Shown: positions 45,376-54,311 of the stretch, piece after piece | Layout of the letters: each line of letters starts with the position of its first letter | Numbering within the stretch: the first letter of the stretch is position 1 | IMG/VR virus record: IMGVR_UViG_3300025727_000815 | Coordinates: 1-54,442 of that record | DNA length: 54,442 nt | Strand: one strand, 5' to 3' | DNA from: a virus | Taxonomy: Duplodnaviria; Caudoviricetes | Notes under the pieces: model-generated | Databases searched by the model: none | What the model was told of the DNA's origin: nothing | The model's input: the letters and a program-made list of their open reading frames with translations, nothing else | Position numbers and translations under genes: made by a program

Positions 45376-48150
45376 TCAATTATATCCAGTTTCGGATTCT
45401 GACACCCCATGACCACTTCGATTGCCAATTAAATCACCTTTATCTGAACCATTTCCGGAAGTGGTTGTGTTGTTGGTGTATTCTATTATATTATAGTTAC
45501 TTACGGTATTATTGTTATATCCACCCATAAAATGTGTATAACCGTTATCACCTGAACCACCTGAGAGATAATATCTCCCCACAGTTAAATCACCCTTATC
45601 CGATGCATTTGCAGTTGAAGTGGTATCTGATATATAATCCGTGACGTTTTGTGTTTGACTAGTCGAGGATTTGAATCCACCAGCGTGAAAAATATATGTA
45701 GTTCCACCACCCCCACCATCGCCATTCGCATACCGGCCTGTGGTTAAATCTCCCCTATCCGATGCTGCTGCGCTACCGGCTGATGAAACGTTACAGTGTG
45801 TAATATAGTTCACTTCATGTCCTGAACTTGCCCTTCCACCGGCACCGAATGAATAACCACTATCTCGACTATTTCCCATTCCGGCAGGATCCCTAAGTGC
45901 CCAGGGATAATCCCCGGCATCCGATGCATTACCAGTTGTACTCCCCATATTGATATAATCGATTACATTTGTGGGTGGAGATCCACAAAAACAAAATCCA
46001 TACGTAGCTCCTTGTCCAGACATAGACGCCCGTCTAGACACCGTTAAATCTCCACCATCTGATGCATTACCAGATACCGTAGTGGCAGTAGAATATTGAA
46101 TAGCATTAGTATTACCGCCGTTATATCCACCAAGAGTAAATTTATAACTTGCACCACACACTCCAGTGGTAAATGCTATTGATTGTGCCAAATCCGATGC
46201 ATCGGTAGCGTTTGTTGCACCATTATCCCCATCAAAATATTGAATCGTGTTGGTTCTGGAACCATTCGATTGTGCACTCGATCTACCGCCCATCGCCCAA
46301 ATGTATGCACCCCCACTCTTATTATGGGTTAATACTCCATTTGCAAAAAATGTAAAGTTTTTGTCTAGAGAAAAAATATAAGTCTGGAATTCTTCTTTTT
46401 TAACTTCAAGTTCACCTGTTTTCTCGTTTATTGATTTCTCAACTTTCGGTGAAATTACATTTATTTCAGTGATGGTTTCTTCTACTAAGTCATCACCATT
46501 CAATTTAAAAATAGTATCACCGATTTTCAATTTGTCTACAGGCATATCATATCTAGATAATGTCAAATGTGGTTTAAACGAACACCACCCAACATTTTTA
46601 ACATAATGTGGATGATCAAAGGTATTGGTGACCGAAGTGTTGTCTGAAAATGATATTCTCACAATATCATCATGTAATGGTTGAATTAACGATTTAACGG
46701 TAGATTCTTCAATTTTTTCAGTTTTTTCATTCCACGATTTTACCACGTCCCCCACAACTACATCTTCTATATTTTTTTCTTCACCATCATGCATAGTTAC
46801 CTTAGTACCTGCAATAAAACACCATGCTCCCAGACTCACGTTATGAACAAAATAATTATTTCCAAAATAATTATCATAATTATTTACATCAATTCCATAC
46901 GTTTTGGCTGCCTCATTAACAACCTCTACATCACGAATTTCTTCAATCTCATAATTATTCTTTAAAATGACATCCCCAACTTCAATCTCTGATGCTGGTT
47001 TAAATTTCCAAGAATTCTTATGTAATACACATAAATTTGCACTTTTCGTAAAACGATTCCCATTAATAACAACATACCCATAAGTCATTTTCCCCACCAC
47101 TCCACGAGCCGTAGATTCCAACTGTTTTACGGTTGATAAATTAATTTGATCAGAAACCCACTTCTTCCAAACTTTATTTTTCTGTAGTGATTTTATATCA
47201 TAACTCAACAATTTATCCCCTGGTAAAATATTTTGTATTTTTTTAGTAGAACCATCGGATAATAATATATCAGTATCTTTTAGAAAACTATTCCCATATG
47301 TATCATACTGTTGATATTCAGTTTCCGATATCTTCTCATAAAATTTAGCACTAACGAATGGTTCAGTATTAAGTGGGATAGCGGTGGTGGGTGTTATTAA
47401 TGAGAGTCCACGTAACTCTATATTATAATTCTCAAATTCATCAAATTGGTCTGAAACTATAAAATTTTCTAAATATTGATTTTTATTCAACTCACTTTTA
47501 TATGTATCGGTGAACTCCAATCCCATTGTTCTATCAATTGTGGAATTTTTAATCACATAGTTTGGGAAAATATCATTTAGGAATACTGTATTATCGATTG
47601 TTAATCTACTGAGTTCATTTTCCTTTAAGAAGGTCAAAAATGATTTTTTATTTGCGGCAAATCCATCAATTTTAGACTCTGGATCAAACGAAAATCGTAA
47701 TAAAAATGTATCATTATCAAAATTGATAGTTGAATTATCTTGAGTCACTTCCAACCCAATATTAAAAGTTTTTAATTTATCTTCTAATATAGACATAAAA
47801 TCAGTTGAAGGATTTTCTTTATCTTTTACTGGAATGTCATACATTTTGCTAACCAAGGCAATAACTTTATTATATTTATTTTGAACGAAGAAATCTACCA
47901 ATGTATCAAAATTAAAATATGGAATGTATTCTTTATAAATTCCAATATGAGTATTCAATTCTAATATTTTTAAATTATCATTTTGAGGAATGAAATCATA
48001 TGCAACTAATACTCCCTCATGTTTCTTATTTTGCCAATAAGAATGTCCAGTAAATAGTTCCGAAATGTTTATTATTTCATCATTTAATTTGGAAGTATAT
48101 GTTTTTTTATTATATTTTAATCTATTGTTCATATTAATTTGCAACTCCAA
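45376..48150 (-). CDS. Polyprotein: circularly permuted ATP-grasp-like domain + Hint1 + VSLGAW + Hint2 + Kelch-like beta-propeller repeats
   Basis: YDFIP...LKILELNT, YVIK...G, YLENFI; Hint1 S288-N437 (SFLKDT...YFVHN); Hint2 C444-N610 (CFIAGT...TFDH...VLTHN); about six GNASD.GDLT..R repeats. Confidence 0.8.
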   Translation of the reverse strand: MELQINMNNRLKYNKKTYTSKLNDEIINISELFTGHSYWQNKKHEGVLVAYDFIPQNDNLKILELNTHIGIYKEYIPYFNFDTLVDFFVQNKYNKVIALVSKMYDIPVKDKENPSTDFMSILEDKLKTFNIGLEVTQDNSTINFDNDTFLLRFSFDPESKIDGFAANKKSFLTFLKENELSRLTIDNTVFLNDIFPNYVIKNSTIDRTMGLEFTDTYKSELNKNQYLENFIVSDQFDEFENYNIELRGLSLITPTTAIPLNTEPFVSAKFYEKISETEYQQYDTYGNSFLKDTDILLSDGSTKKIQNILPGDKLLSYDIKSLQKNKVWKKWVSDQINLSTVKQLESTARGVVGKMTYGYVVINGNRFTKSANLCVLHKNSWKFKPASEIEVGDVILKNNYEIEEIRDVEVVNEAAKTYGIDVNNYDNYFGNNYFVHNVSLGAWCFIAGTKVTMHDGEEKNIEDVVVGDVVKSWNEKTEKIEESTVKSLIQPLHDDIVRISFSDNTSVTNTFDHPHYVKNVGWCSFKPHLTLSRYDMPVDKLKIGDTIFKLNGDDLVEETITEINVISPKVEKSINEKTGELEVKKEEFQTYIFSLDKNFTFFANGVLTHNKSGGAYIWAMGGRSSAQSNGSRTNTIQYFDGDNGATNATDASDLAQSIAFTTGVCGASYKFTLGGYNGGNTNAIQYSTATTVSGNASDGGDLTVSRRASMSGQGATYGFCFCGSPPTNVIDYINMGSTTGNASDAGDYPWALRDPAGMGNSRDSGYSFGAGGRASSGHEVNYITHCNVSSAGSAAASDRGDLTTGRYANGDGGGGGTTYIFHAGGFKSSTSQTQNVTDYISDTTSTANASDKGDLTVGRYYLSGGSGDNGYTHFMGGYNNNTVSNYNIIEYTNNTTTSGNGSDKGDLIGNRSGHGVSESETGYN
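46321..46821 (-). other. Hint/BIL domain 2
   Basis: Starts Cys, TFDH block B, ends His-Asn, +1 Lys. Confidence 0.88.
46840..47289 (-). other. Hint/BIL domain 1
   Basis: Starts Ser, ends His-Asn, +1 Val; block B reads TKSAN with no His. Confidence 0.8.
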
Positions 48151-48239
48151 TATTTACGTTGAATGAAATTGTCGTGTCCTAAATCTAATATAGTCTAAAC
48201 TCTATTACATCTATAAATATGTATTTATCAAGTTTTACA

Positions 48240-48779
48240 TTAAATATTTGCAACTATAGAATCACAATCTGTCTTGGAGTTTTCAAATAAAATTTTAAAT
48301 TTATCAGTTGATATTTTAATGTTTGGTGTATCAAAATCATGAATATATATATTATTGTTATCAAATCCTACAACCGGTACATAATGTAATCCCCGGTTTG
48401 GGAAATTTAATAGACAAATTATTGGGATACCAGAATTAATCCAACTTTTAATAGAACTAATAGTTACTTTCTTAACAATCAAATTTAAATTTAATTTTTC
48501 AATATCAATTAAATTTTTATCCAATATACTCTTATATCGGGGTGATATATCAAAATTCAACACATTGGTTTTAGAATATAAAGTTGAGGAAAGTCCATAC
48601 ATATGTAATAATAATAATATTTCTGTTGATAATAATGGTCTATCCTCGATTACTCCCAATCGATGTCTCATCTCATTGACCCCCACAACTATATCAAAAT
48701 ATTCCAATATCATTTTTGCCGAAATAAATCCACATTCATTTAAATTAGTTTGAGTATAATATGGAACAATTAGATTCAT
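48240..48779 (-). CDS. C39-like cysteine peptidase
   Basis: VPYYTQ...ECG, LHYVPVVGFD, IHD; start MNLIV via ATGA overlap. Confidence 0.85.
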   Translation of the reverse strand: MNLIVPYYTQTNLNECGFISAKMILEYFDIVVGVNEMRHRLGVIEDRPLLSTEILLLLHMYGLSSTLYSKTNVLNFDISPRYKSILDKNLIDIEKLNLNLIVKKVTISSIKSWINSGIPIICLLNFPNRGLHYVPVVGFDNNNIYIHDFDTPNIKISTDKFKILFENSKTDCDSIVANI

Positions 48780-49204
48780 CTGGCCACCCACCCACATCGT
48801 GTAAACAATGAATATCCTGCAACATTCCAATCATCAACTTTACAGTAAATTTCTTTTATGTTTTTTCTAAATGTTAAATTCATCATACTATAAACCAACC
48901 CAGACCCAATTCCATTTCCCCTATGATCCTCATGAACATATAAATTACAAAGTTCCTTAATTACAGGATTATACCAAACCCATCCAAATATTTTATCATT
49001 ATTCTCTATTACGTTAAAATCCCATTTGTCATTTATTCTATGAATTGCATCATCAACATCCCACATTTCTTTCCAGTTCAATTCTGTCTGAAACTCATCA
49101 ATGGCATATTGTAAATTTTCCACATTTAGTGTACTGACATTTAATATATTTAATTTCACATCCACTGGAATATATTGTGAAAAATTATAACATAAATTAT
49201 ACAT
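48776..49204 (-). CDS. GNAT acetyltransferase
   Basis: LYVHEDHRGNGIGSGLV, N..G..LF...G. Confidence 0.85.
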   Translation of the reverse strand: MYNLCYNFSQYIPVDVKLNILNVSTLNVENLQYAIDEFQTELNWKEMWDVDDAIHRINDKWDFNVIENNDKIFGWVWYNPVIKELCNLYVHEDHRGNGIGSGLVYSMMNLTFRKNIKEIYCKVDDWNVAGYSLFTRCGWVAR

Positions 49205-49209
49205 TTAAA

Positions 49210-49758
49210 TTACATTTCATATTTATATTTAAACTCTTTTATATCATTATTTGCTAAAGCATATACCTTATCAATACTCACATCATCATAATAATAACTA
49301 TAATGTTTTCTATCAATTGAATTTTCCACATTTAAATTCCCATTAAAAATACTATTAAAATCAGATTGGATAGTTTCATATTTACCTACAAAATCCAGTT
49401 CCGATGTACCAAAATCAACCTGTTGAAGTGTTCTATATGGGAAATTATCTAACCAACTTTTAAATTCATATTTTTTTGCAACTAAAGTGGTCAATCTATC
49501 TGGAAACATTTCCTGGTATGTTTTTGATTTATTATAAAAATATAATGACACAAATCTATCCCAGGGATTTCTTACAAAAGTAAATTTAAAATACTCTTTA
49601 TAGATAGTATCCAACTTCCTAATATGCCTATGGTAATCTAAAGGTGATGGTGGGGAGTTAACTATCTTATCATGGAGATTTAAACAAGATTTAATACTTG
49701 TCCCACCGGTTCTTGGAATATGAATAAAAATAATTTTTTTAGTTTCATCTATATACAC
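49210..49758 (-). CDS. Sulfotransferase family 2 protein
   Basis: FIHIPRTGGTS, FVRNPWDRFVSLY. Confidence 0.88.
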   Translation of the reverse strand: MYIDETKKIIFIHIPRTGGTSIKSCLNLHDKIVNSPPSPLDYHRHIRKLDTIYKEYFKFTFVRNPWDRFVSLYFYNKSKTYQEMFPDRLTTLVAKKYEFKSWLDNFPYRTLQQVDFGTSELDFVGKYETIQSDFNSIFNGNLNVENSIDRKHYSYYYDDVSIDKVYALANNDIKEFKYKYEM

Positions 49759-50006
49759 TAATTTGGATCCAACCCACTACCTTCTAACAATGATTTTGGT
49801 ACTTGTCCACAATTTCCACAACTATAAACTTGAATTGGCACTAGTCCTTCTTGACCTGTTGGTGATAAAATTGCAGAAACTCTTTTAATCACAAATGAAG
49901 TGATAAAAAGATAATTTCCACAATCATCACATTTTATAGTATCAGCTTTTGATAAATCTACTGACTGTTTTGCTTTAGGAAGTGGTTTCATTGGTTTAGT
50001 ACTCAT
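49758..50006 (-). CDS. Zn-ribbon protein
   Basis: Likely start MSTKP; CDDCG...CGNCG. Confidence 0.75.
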   Translation of the reverse strand: MSTKPMKPLPKAKQSVDLSKADTIKCDDCGNYLFITSFVIKRVSAILSPTGQEGLVPIQVYSCGNCGQVPKSLLEGSGLDPN

Positions 50007-50803
50007 TTTTCTAACTCCTTTAATGTAACTGTTGCAACACCATGTTTCTGTACCACTAATGTAGTACACTTTTGAGCAAATATAATTGCTTCATATATAT
50101 TATTTGAATCTAAATACCCTCTAACTAATCCTGCCAAAAATGTATCCCCCGCTCCACTAACATCCTTTACAGGAACTTCTTTTACTGGGAATTCTTTTCC
50201 CTTATATCTACATCCCCTACTTCCCAACGTAACTATAAGTTTATCTTCAAATCCTTTTTCTGATAACATCTCATGGTTTTTCTGGTATTCTAACTCATTT
50301 ATCTTAATAAAATCTGAGTCTTTAATCCACTTACCAAGTTTCTTTTTGGTATCAATAAATACATTCTTATTGTTTTCACAAATATGTTGAATATCTGATA
50401 CTTCTAAAAACCCTTTACAATAATCTGAAATAATAATAGCATCATAATAATTTTCAGTCGTTGAACCAAATCCAAATGGAGGTCTTTCAAATTTATTCTT
50501 TGTAATACCTTTTAATAAAGTTTCTTCAATTCTTTCACAATAATCATGTTCATCAACTCTTAATACCATTTGACCTGAACGATTTTCTACATATCTTTTT
50601 TTAATAATACTATTTTTATTTGTTACGGTATGAATGTGCATATCTAATGATTCGACATTATCTGCAACATTTCTTGCCATACCGCCATTTGATTCTTCAT
50701 GTGTTGGTTTAAAAACTGGTACTGGTGCTTCAGGACTAATTCTTTCTATATCACCATAAATAAAAACATCCTTACAACTATCTCCTATAACTAATACATT
50801 CAT
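50003..50803 (-). CDS. rfaE: PfkB-family kinase, RfaE/HldE heptose-7-phosphate kinase domain
   Basis: RISPEAPVP, GGMARNVA, SDYCKG, DVSGAGDT. Confidence 0.85.
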   Translation of the reverse strand: MNVLVIGDSCKDVFIYGDIERISPEAPVPVFKPTHEESNGGMARNVADNVESLDMHIHTVTNKNSIIKKRYVENRSGQMVLRVDEHDYCERIEETLLKGITKNKFERPPFGFGSTTENYYDAIIISDYCKGFLEVSDIQHICENNKNVFIDTKKKLGKWIKDSDFIKINELEYQKNHEMLSEKGFEDKLIVTLGSRGCRYKGKEFPVKEVPVKDVSGAGDTFLAGLVRGYLDSNNIYEAIIFAQKCTTLVVQKHGVATVTLKELEK

Positions 50804-50804
50804 A

Positions 50805-51968
50805 TTAATCCTTTAATAAATCTGTCATATTAGTTCCCATAAATCTATCTTGCCAATATGACTTTTTAACATTCTCATTTAATATTCTCACCAAATCACT
50901 ATAATTTGAATGACTCTCCTTCCAAACCGCCTTCTTTTCATATTCTTTATCTGTAAAAGTTCCCCAATTTGTAATCTTAGAAAAATAAACATAAATACTT
51001 TTATTTCCACTTTCTTTTACTAATTTATCTCTAAGTTTTATCAACTTTGGTATTTCTTTATAATTTGTATCTTGAACTACCATACTCATCCCAAACCAAG
51101 TAACTTCTTTTGGAATAAATTTTAAATTCTCCATTAATTGATCCCAATCTCCACCTCTCCTAACTTTTTCATAAGTTTCTTTAGTTGCCGCATCAATAGA
51201 TATTTCTGCATCTGAAACTAAGTCATGAACATCTGACATTTTATCCCACAATTCTTTTGTCCACTTTACTCCGTTAGTGTGAAGTCTAATATTTTTTACA
51301 CTCGGAAAATTCTTTTTCTTAAAGTTCAATAAAAATTTTCTTAATGTTGCACTTCCAAATGGATCCCCTGTTCCAGTAATATATAACTTTCTCGTTCCCT
51401 CTTGTATAACTTTAATTACTGAGTTTTGTATTTTTTCAATTAACTCAAATTCTTTTCCTCTCGGTGTTATTAAATCTTCTCTACAAGATGGACAAGATAA
51501 ATTACAACTTCTATCATAATCCATTTTCACAACATCTGGAGCCAAGGATAATTCTGTTAATTGTTTTTCTATTATATTACGATGATATTCACCTTTTTCT
51601 TTATATAACAACTCTATATCTTTCATTTTTCTAACTGATGGAGCTGATTCAATAGAGCCTACATTCGGTTTACTATGTACATTTTGTAAATGTGGACATA
51701 AATTTTCATTACAGTATTTAAATGAACCATCTAAAATAGATTTTCTAAACTCTTGAGCCTTTTCACCATTCCAAACATCTTCCCATTTATCTTTATAAAT
51801 ATTCCCAAAATCATATCCAGCTGGATTGGTATCATCTTTCAACCAACCAGGACAACAAGGATAAACATCACCATTTACATTTGGACTACTTTCTGGTTCT
51901 CCAGTATGTCCTATTTCAGCCCATCCACCCATTGCAATAGAACAATATAATTTATCATTAAAATTCAT
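50805..51968 (-). CDS. Radical SAM protein with N-terminal SPASM/twitch-like domain
   Basis: VYPCC...WNG..AQEFR; CNLSCPSC. Confidence 0.88.
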   Translation of the reverse strand: MNFNDKLYCSIAMGGWAEIGHTGEPESSPNVNGDVYPCCPGWLKDDTNPAGYDFGNIYKDKWEDVWNGEKAQEFRKSILDGSFKYCNENLCPHLQNVHSKPNVGSIESAPSVRKMKDIELLYKEKGEYHRNIIEKQLTELSLAPDVVKMDYDRSCNLSCPSCREDLITPRGKEFELIEKIQNSVIKVIQEGTRKLYITGTGDPFGSATLRKFLLNFKKKNFPSVKNIRLHTNGVKWTKELWDKMSDVHDLVSDAEISIDAATKETYEKVRRGGDWDQLMENLKFIPKEVTWFGMSMVVQDTNYKEIPKLIKLRDKLVKESGNKSIYVYFSKITNWGTFTDKEYEKKAVWKESHSNYSDLVRILNENVKKSYWQDRFMGTNMTDLLKD

Positions 51969-52585
51969 TAAATTATTTCATCAATTAATCCATACTTTAA
52001 ACAAGTTTCAGCATCCCACAATAAATCATGTTTCAATATCTCGTCAAGTTTTTTCATTGGAACTTTTGTATATTCTTTATATACATTTTTAATTGTTTTC
52101 ATCATTAAATCAAGATTCTGTTTCTCATCCTCAAACTCTGAATATTTACCCCAAAAATTTGTAGATAACTGATGAATCAACATATAAGAATTTCTACTCA
52201 TAAATCGTTTACTTCCAACTACCGAAATAAATGTGGCTGCACTTGCACAGAATCCATCTATATAAGTATGAACTGGAATTTTACATCTCAATATAGTATC
52301 CATTGATGAAATACCAGATGTAATTGATCCTCCTCCAGAATTTATAAATAAATGTACATATGGCGGTTCAATATCTAAGTTATTAGCTAAACTAAAACTT
52401 TTAGATTGTAACTCTCCTACTTTCTTATTAAGTTCTACTGCACTATCGCGATTTACTCCTGCATAAAAATAAATTTTATTTTCAATTACTGCTATATGTT
52501 TATAATCCCCTTCACCACCACGTTTTTTACTTGGTTTTACTCGATCTTTATTTGGAATTTCTCCCCAATACTTTTCTTCTTTCAT
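51968..52585 (-). CDS. clpP: ATP-dependent Clp protease proteolytic subunit-like
   Basis: INSGGG, CASAA (Ser), MLIHQ (His), D...A...YGLIDEI. Confidence 0.85.
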   Translation of the reverse strand: MKEEKYWGEIPNKDRVKPSKKRGGEGDYKHIAVIENKIYFYAGVNRDSAVELNKKVGELQSKSFSLANNLDIEPPYVHLFINSGGGSITSGISSMDTILRCKIPVHTYIDGFCASAATFISVVGSKRFMSRNSYMLIHQLSTNFWGKYSEFEDEKQNLDLMMKTIKNVYKEYTKVPMKKLDEILKHDLLWDAETCLKYGLIDEII

Positions 52586-53508
52586 CGTACCTCCTGTAAT
52601 ATTTCAATTAACATTGCCATCGCATTTATTTCTTTATCAACTACTTGACTATCTGATTGTTCATATTTAGCTATTAATAATATAACTTCCGCAATATGTC
52701 CACTACCATAACTATCTACTTCATCATATAGTAATCTAAAAAAGTCTGCAAAATCTGAAACTTTTGCGTCTGCCAGTATTTGTCTTATTTCAGTAAATGT
52801 TTCTTTTTTAGATTTACTAGATTTTAAAACTTCTAATATTTGTAACTTATAATCATTTAAAATAATCTCTCTCGCATCCATCCGTAAAATACCATCTACA
52901 ACCTGTCTTTGTGATGTATTTATAACCTTTCTTATATCTGGATATGCTCCATTAATAATTGTAGCTATATCATCCACTTCAAATTTTACATTCTCATTAG
53001 TTAATATTTCAGATAAATGTACTGCCACTTCTTTTTTGGATGGTGGTACTATCTGAAATGATTGACACCTAGATTGTATTGGGTCAATAATTCTTTCTAC
53101 ATAATTACAAGTTAGAATAAACCTACAATGTCTACTAAATGTTTCCATTAGGTTTCTTAATGCAGCTTGAGCGTTAGGTGTGATGTAATCACACTCATCT
53201 AAAATAATAACTTTTAACGATTGAAATCCTAATGTAGATGCAAAACCTTTAACTTTATCTCTAACTGTATCTACACTATTCTCATCAGATGCATTTATAT
53301 ACAAATATTCACATTCTATAGACTTTGTAATAATCTTTGAAAGCGTGGTTTTACCAGTACCTGCTCTACCATAAAATAATAAGTGTGGAGGATCATTAGT
53401 TTCTATAAAAATACTAACTTTAGATTTTAAATGTTCATTCCCAATATAAGTATCCAATGAAGTAGGTCTATATTTTTCATTCCAAATGCCGTGATGTTCT
53501 ATTCCCAA
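52582..53508 (-). CDS. Clamp loader large subunit (T4 gp44/RFC-like AAA+)
   Basis: EKYRP, GRAGTGKTT, LDECD, AQAALR, SRC. Confidence 0.93.
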   Translation of the reverse strand: MGIEHHGIWNEKYRPTSLDTYIGNEHLKSKVSIFIETNDPPHLLFYGRAGTGKTTLSKIITKSIECEYLYINASDENSVDTVRDKVKGFASTLGFQSLKVIILDECDYITPNAQAALRNLMETFSRHCRFILTCNYVERIIDPIQSRCQSFQIVPPSKKEVAVHLSEILTNENVKFEVDDIATIINGAYPDIRKVINTSQRQVVDGILRMDAREIILNDYKLQILEVLKSSKSKKETFTEIRQILADAKVSDFADFFRLLYDEVDSYGSGHIAEVILLIAKYEQSDSQVVDKEINAMAMLIEILQEVR

Positions 53509-54311
53509 AAATCAAATCCCTTTTCTGCTGTTTCTATTTTTATTTTTTCTTTTAAAATTCTAGACCTTGCTATCTTGCAATAGTTTTCTGAAATTTCAAA
53601 TCCAATATATTTTCTATCTAGATTTACTGATGCTACTGCAGTTGTACCACTACCCATAAATGGATCTAATATTACATCATCTTTATATGTCATAAGTTTA
53701 ATAGCCTTAACTGGTATATCAAGACTAAAATTTGCTTCTGTCATACCTCTAGTTTCTGCAAAATAACCCCACAACCCAGACACAACTTCAATAAATCCCT
53801 TTTTATCCTCGTCGGAATCAGTCCAATAAGATTCACCTTTTTCTAACTTTTTCCATTGGTCTTTATATCCTATCAATACACATTCTTTAGGATTGTGCAT
53901 ATATGGTGCTGATGCAGACAACCAACTTCCCCACGCAGAAAATTTTACCTTCTGTGGCGCTTTTTCATCCAAATCCGCAATTCCAGCAAAACCATATCCT
54001 ATATCTTTCATCATTTGATGATATTCTGAAGATATATATACTCTATTGTGTCCACCAAGTTTTTTCATATTAACTTCATATGGTATATTTACTGCAATCC
54101 TACCATCTGGTTTTAACACTCTGTAAATTTCTGTCAACCAATCTTTAGAAAATTGCATATAATCATCTAGTCTTAGAGTATCATTATGTACATCATACTC
54201 TATCCCTACATTATATGGTGGTGAAGTTACACAAAGATCTATAGACTCATCTAATACATGAGTTTTAAGGCCTTCTATACAATCTAAATTGTATATATAA
54301 TTAGTCCGCAC
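53499..54311 (-). CDS. Site-specific DNA methyltransferase (N4/N6, beta class)
   Basis: TSPPY precedes LDPFMGSGTT. Confidence 0.92.
   Translation of the reverse strand: MRTNYIYNLDCIEGLKTHVLDESIDLCVTSPPYNVGIEYDVHNDTLRLDDYMQFSKDWLTEIYRVLKPDGRIAVNIPYEVNMKKLGGHNRVYISSEYHQMMKDIGYGFAGIADLDEKAPQKVKFSAWGSWLSASAPYMHNPKECVLIGYKDQWKKLEKGESYWTDSDEDKKGFIEVVSGLWGYFAETRGMTEANFSLDIPVKAIKLMTYKDDVILDPFMGSGTTAVASVNLDRKYIGFEISENYCKIARSRILKEKIKIETAEKGFDFWE

Noticed and set aside
46321-47289. Classical mobile inteins
   Set aside because: No homing endonuclease, +1 residues are Val and Lys, and the host is not a conserved enzyme active site; better read as BIL/Hint autoprocessing domains
2076-51950. The + strand ORFs of the track (e.g. 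2076, 2837, 12473, 24131, 26642, 39346, 44982)
   Set aside because: Nearly all are antisense shadows of well-supported - strand genes, Phe/Ser/Ile-rich, with no recognisable motifs
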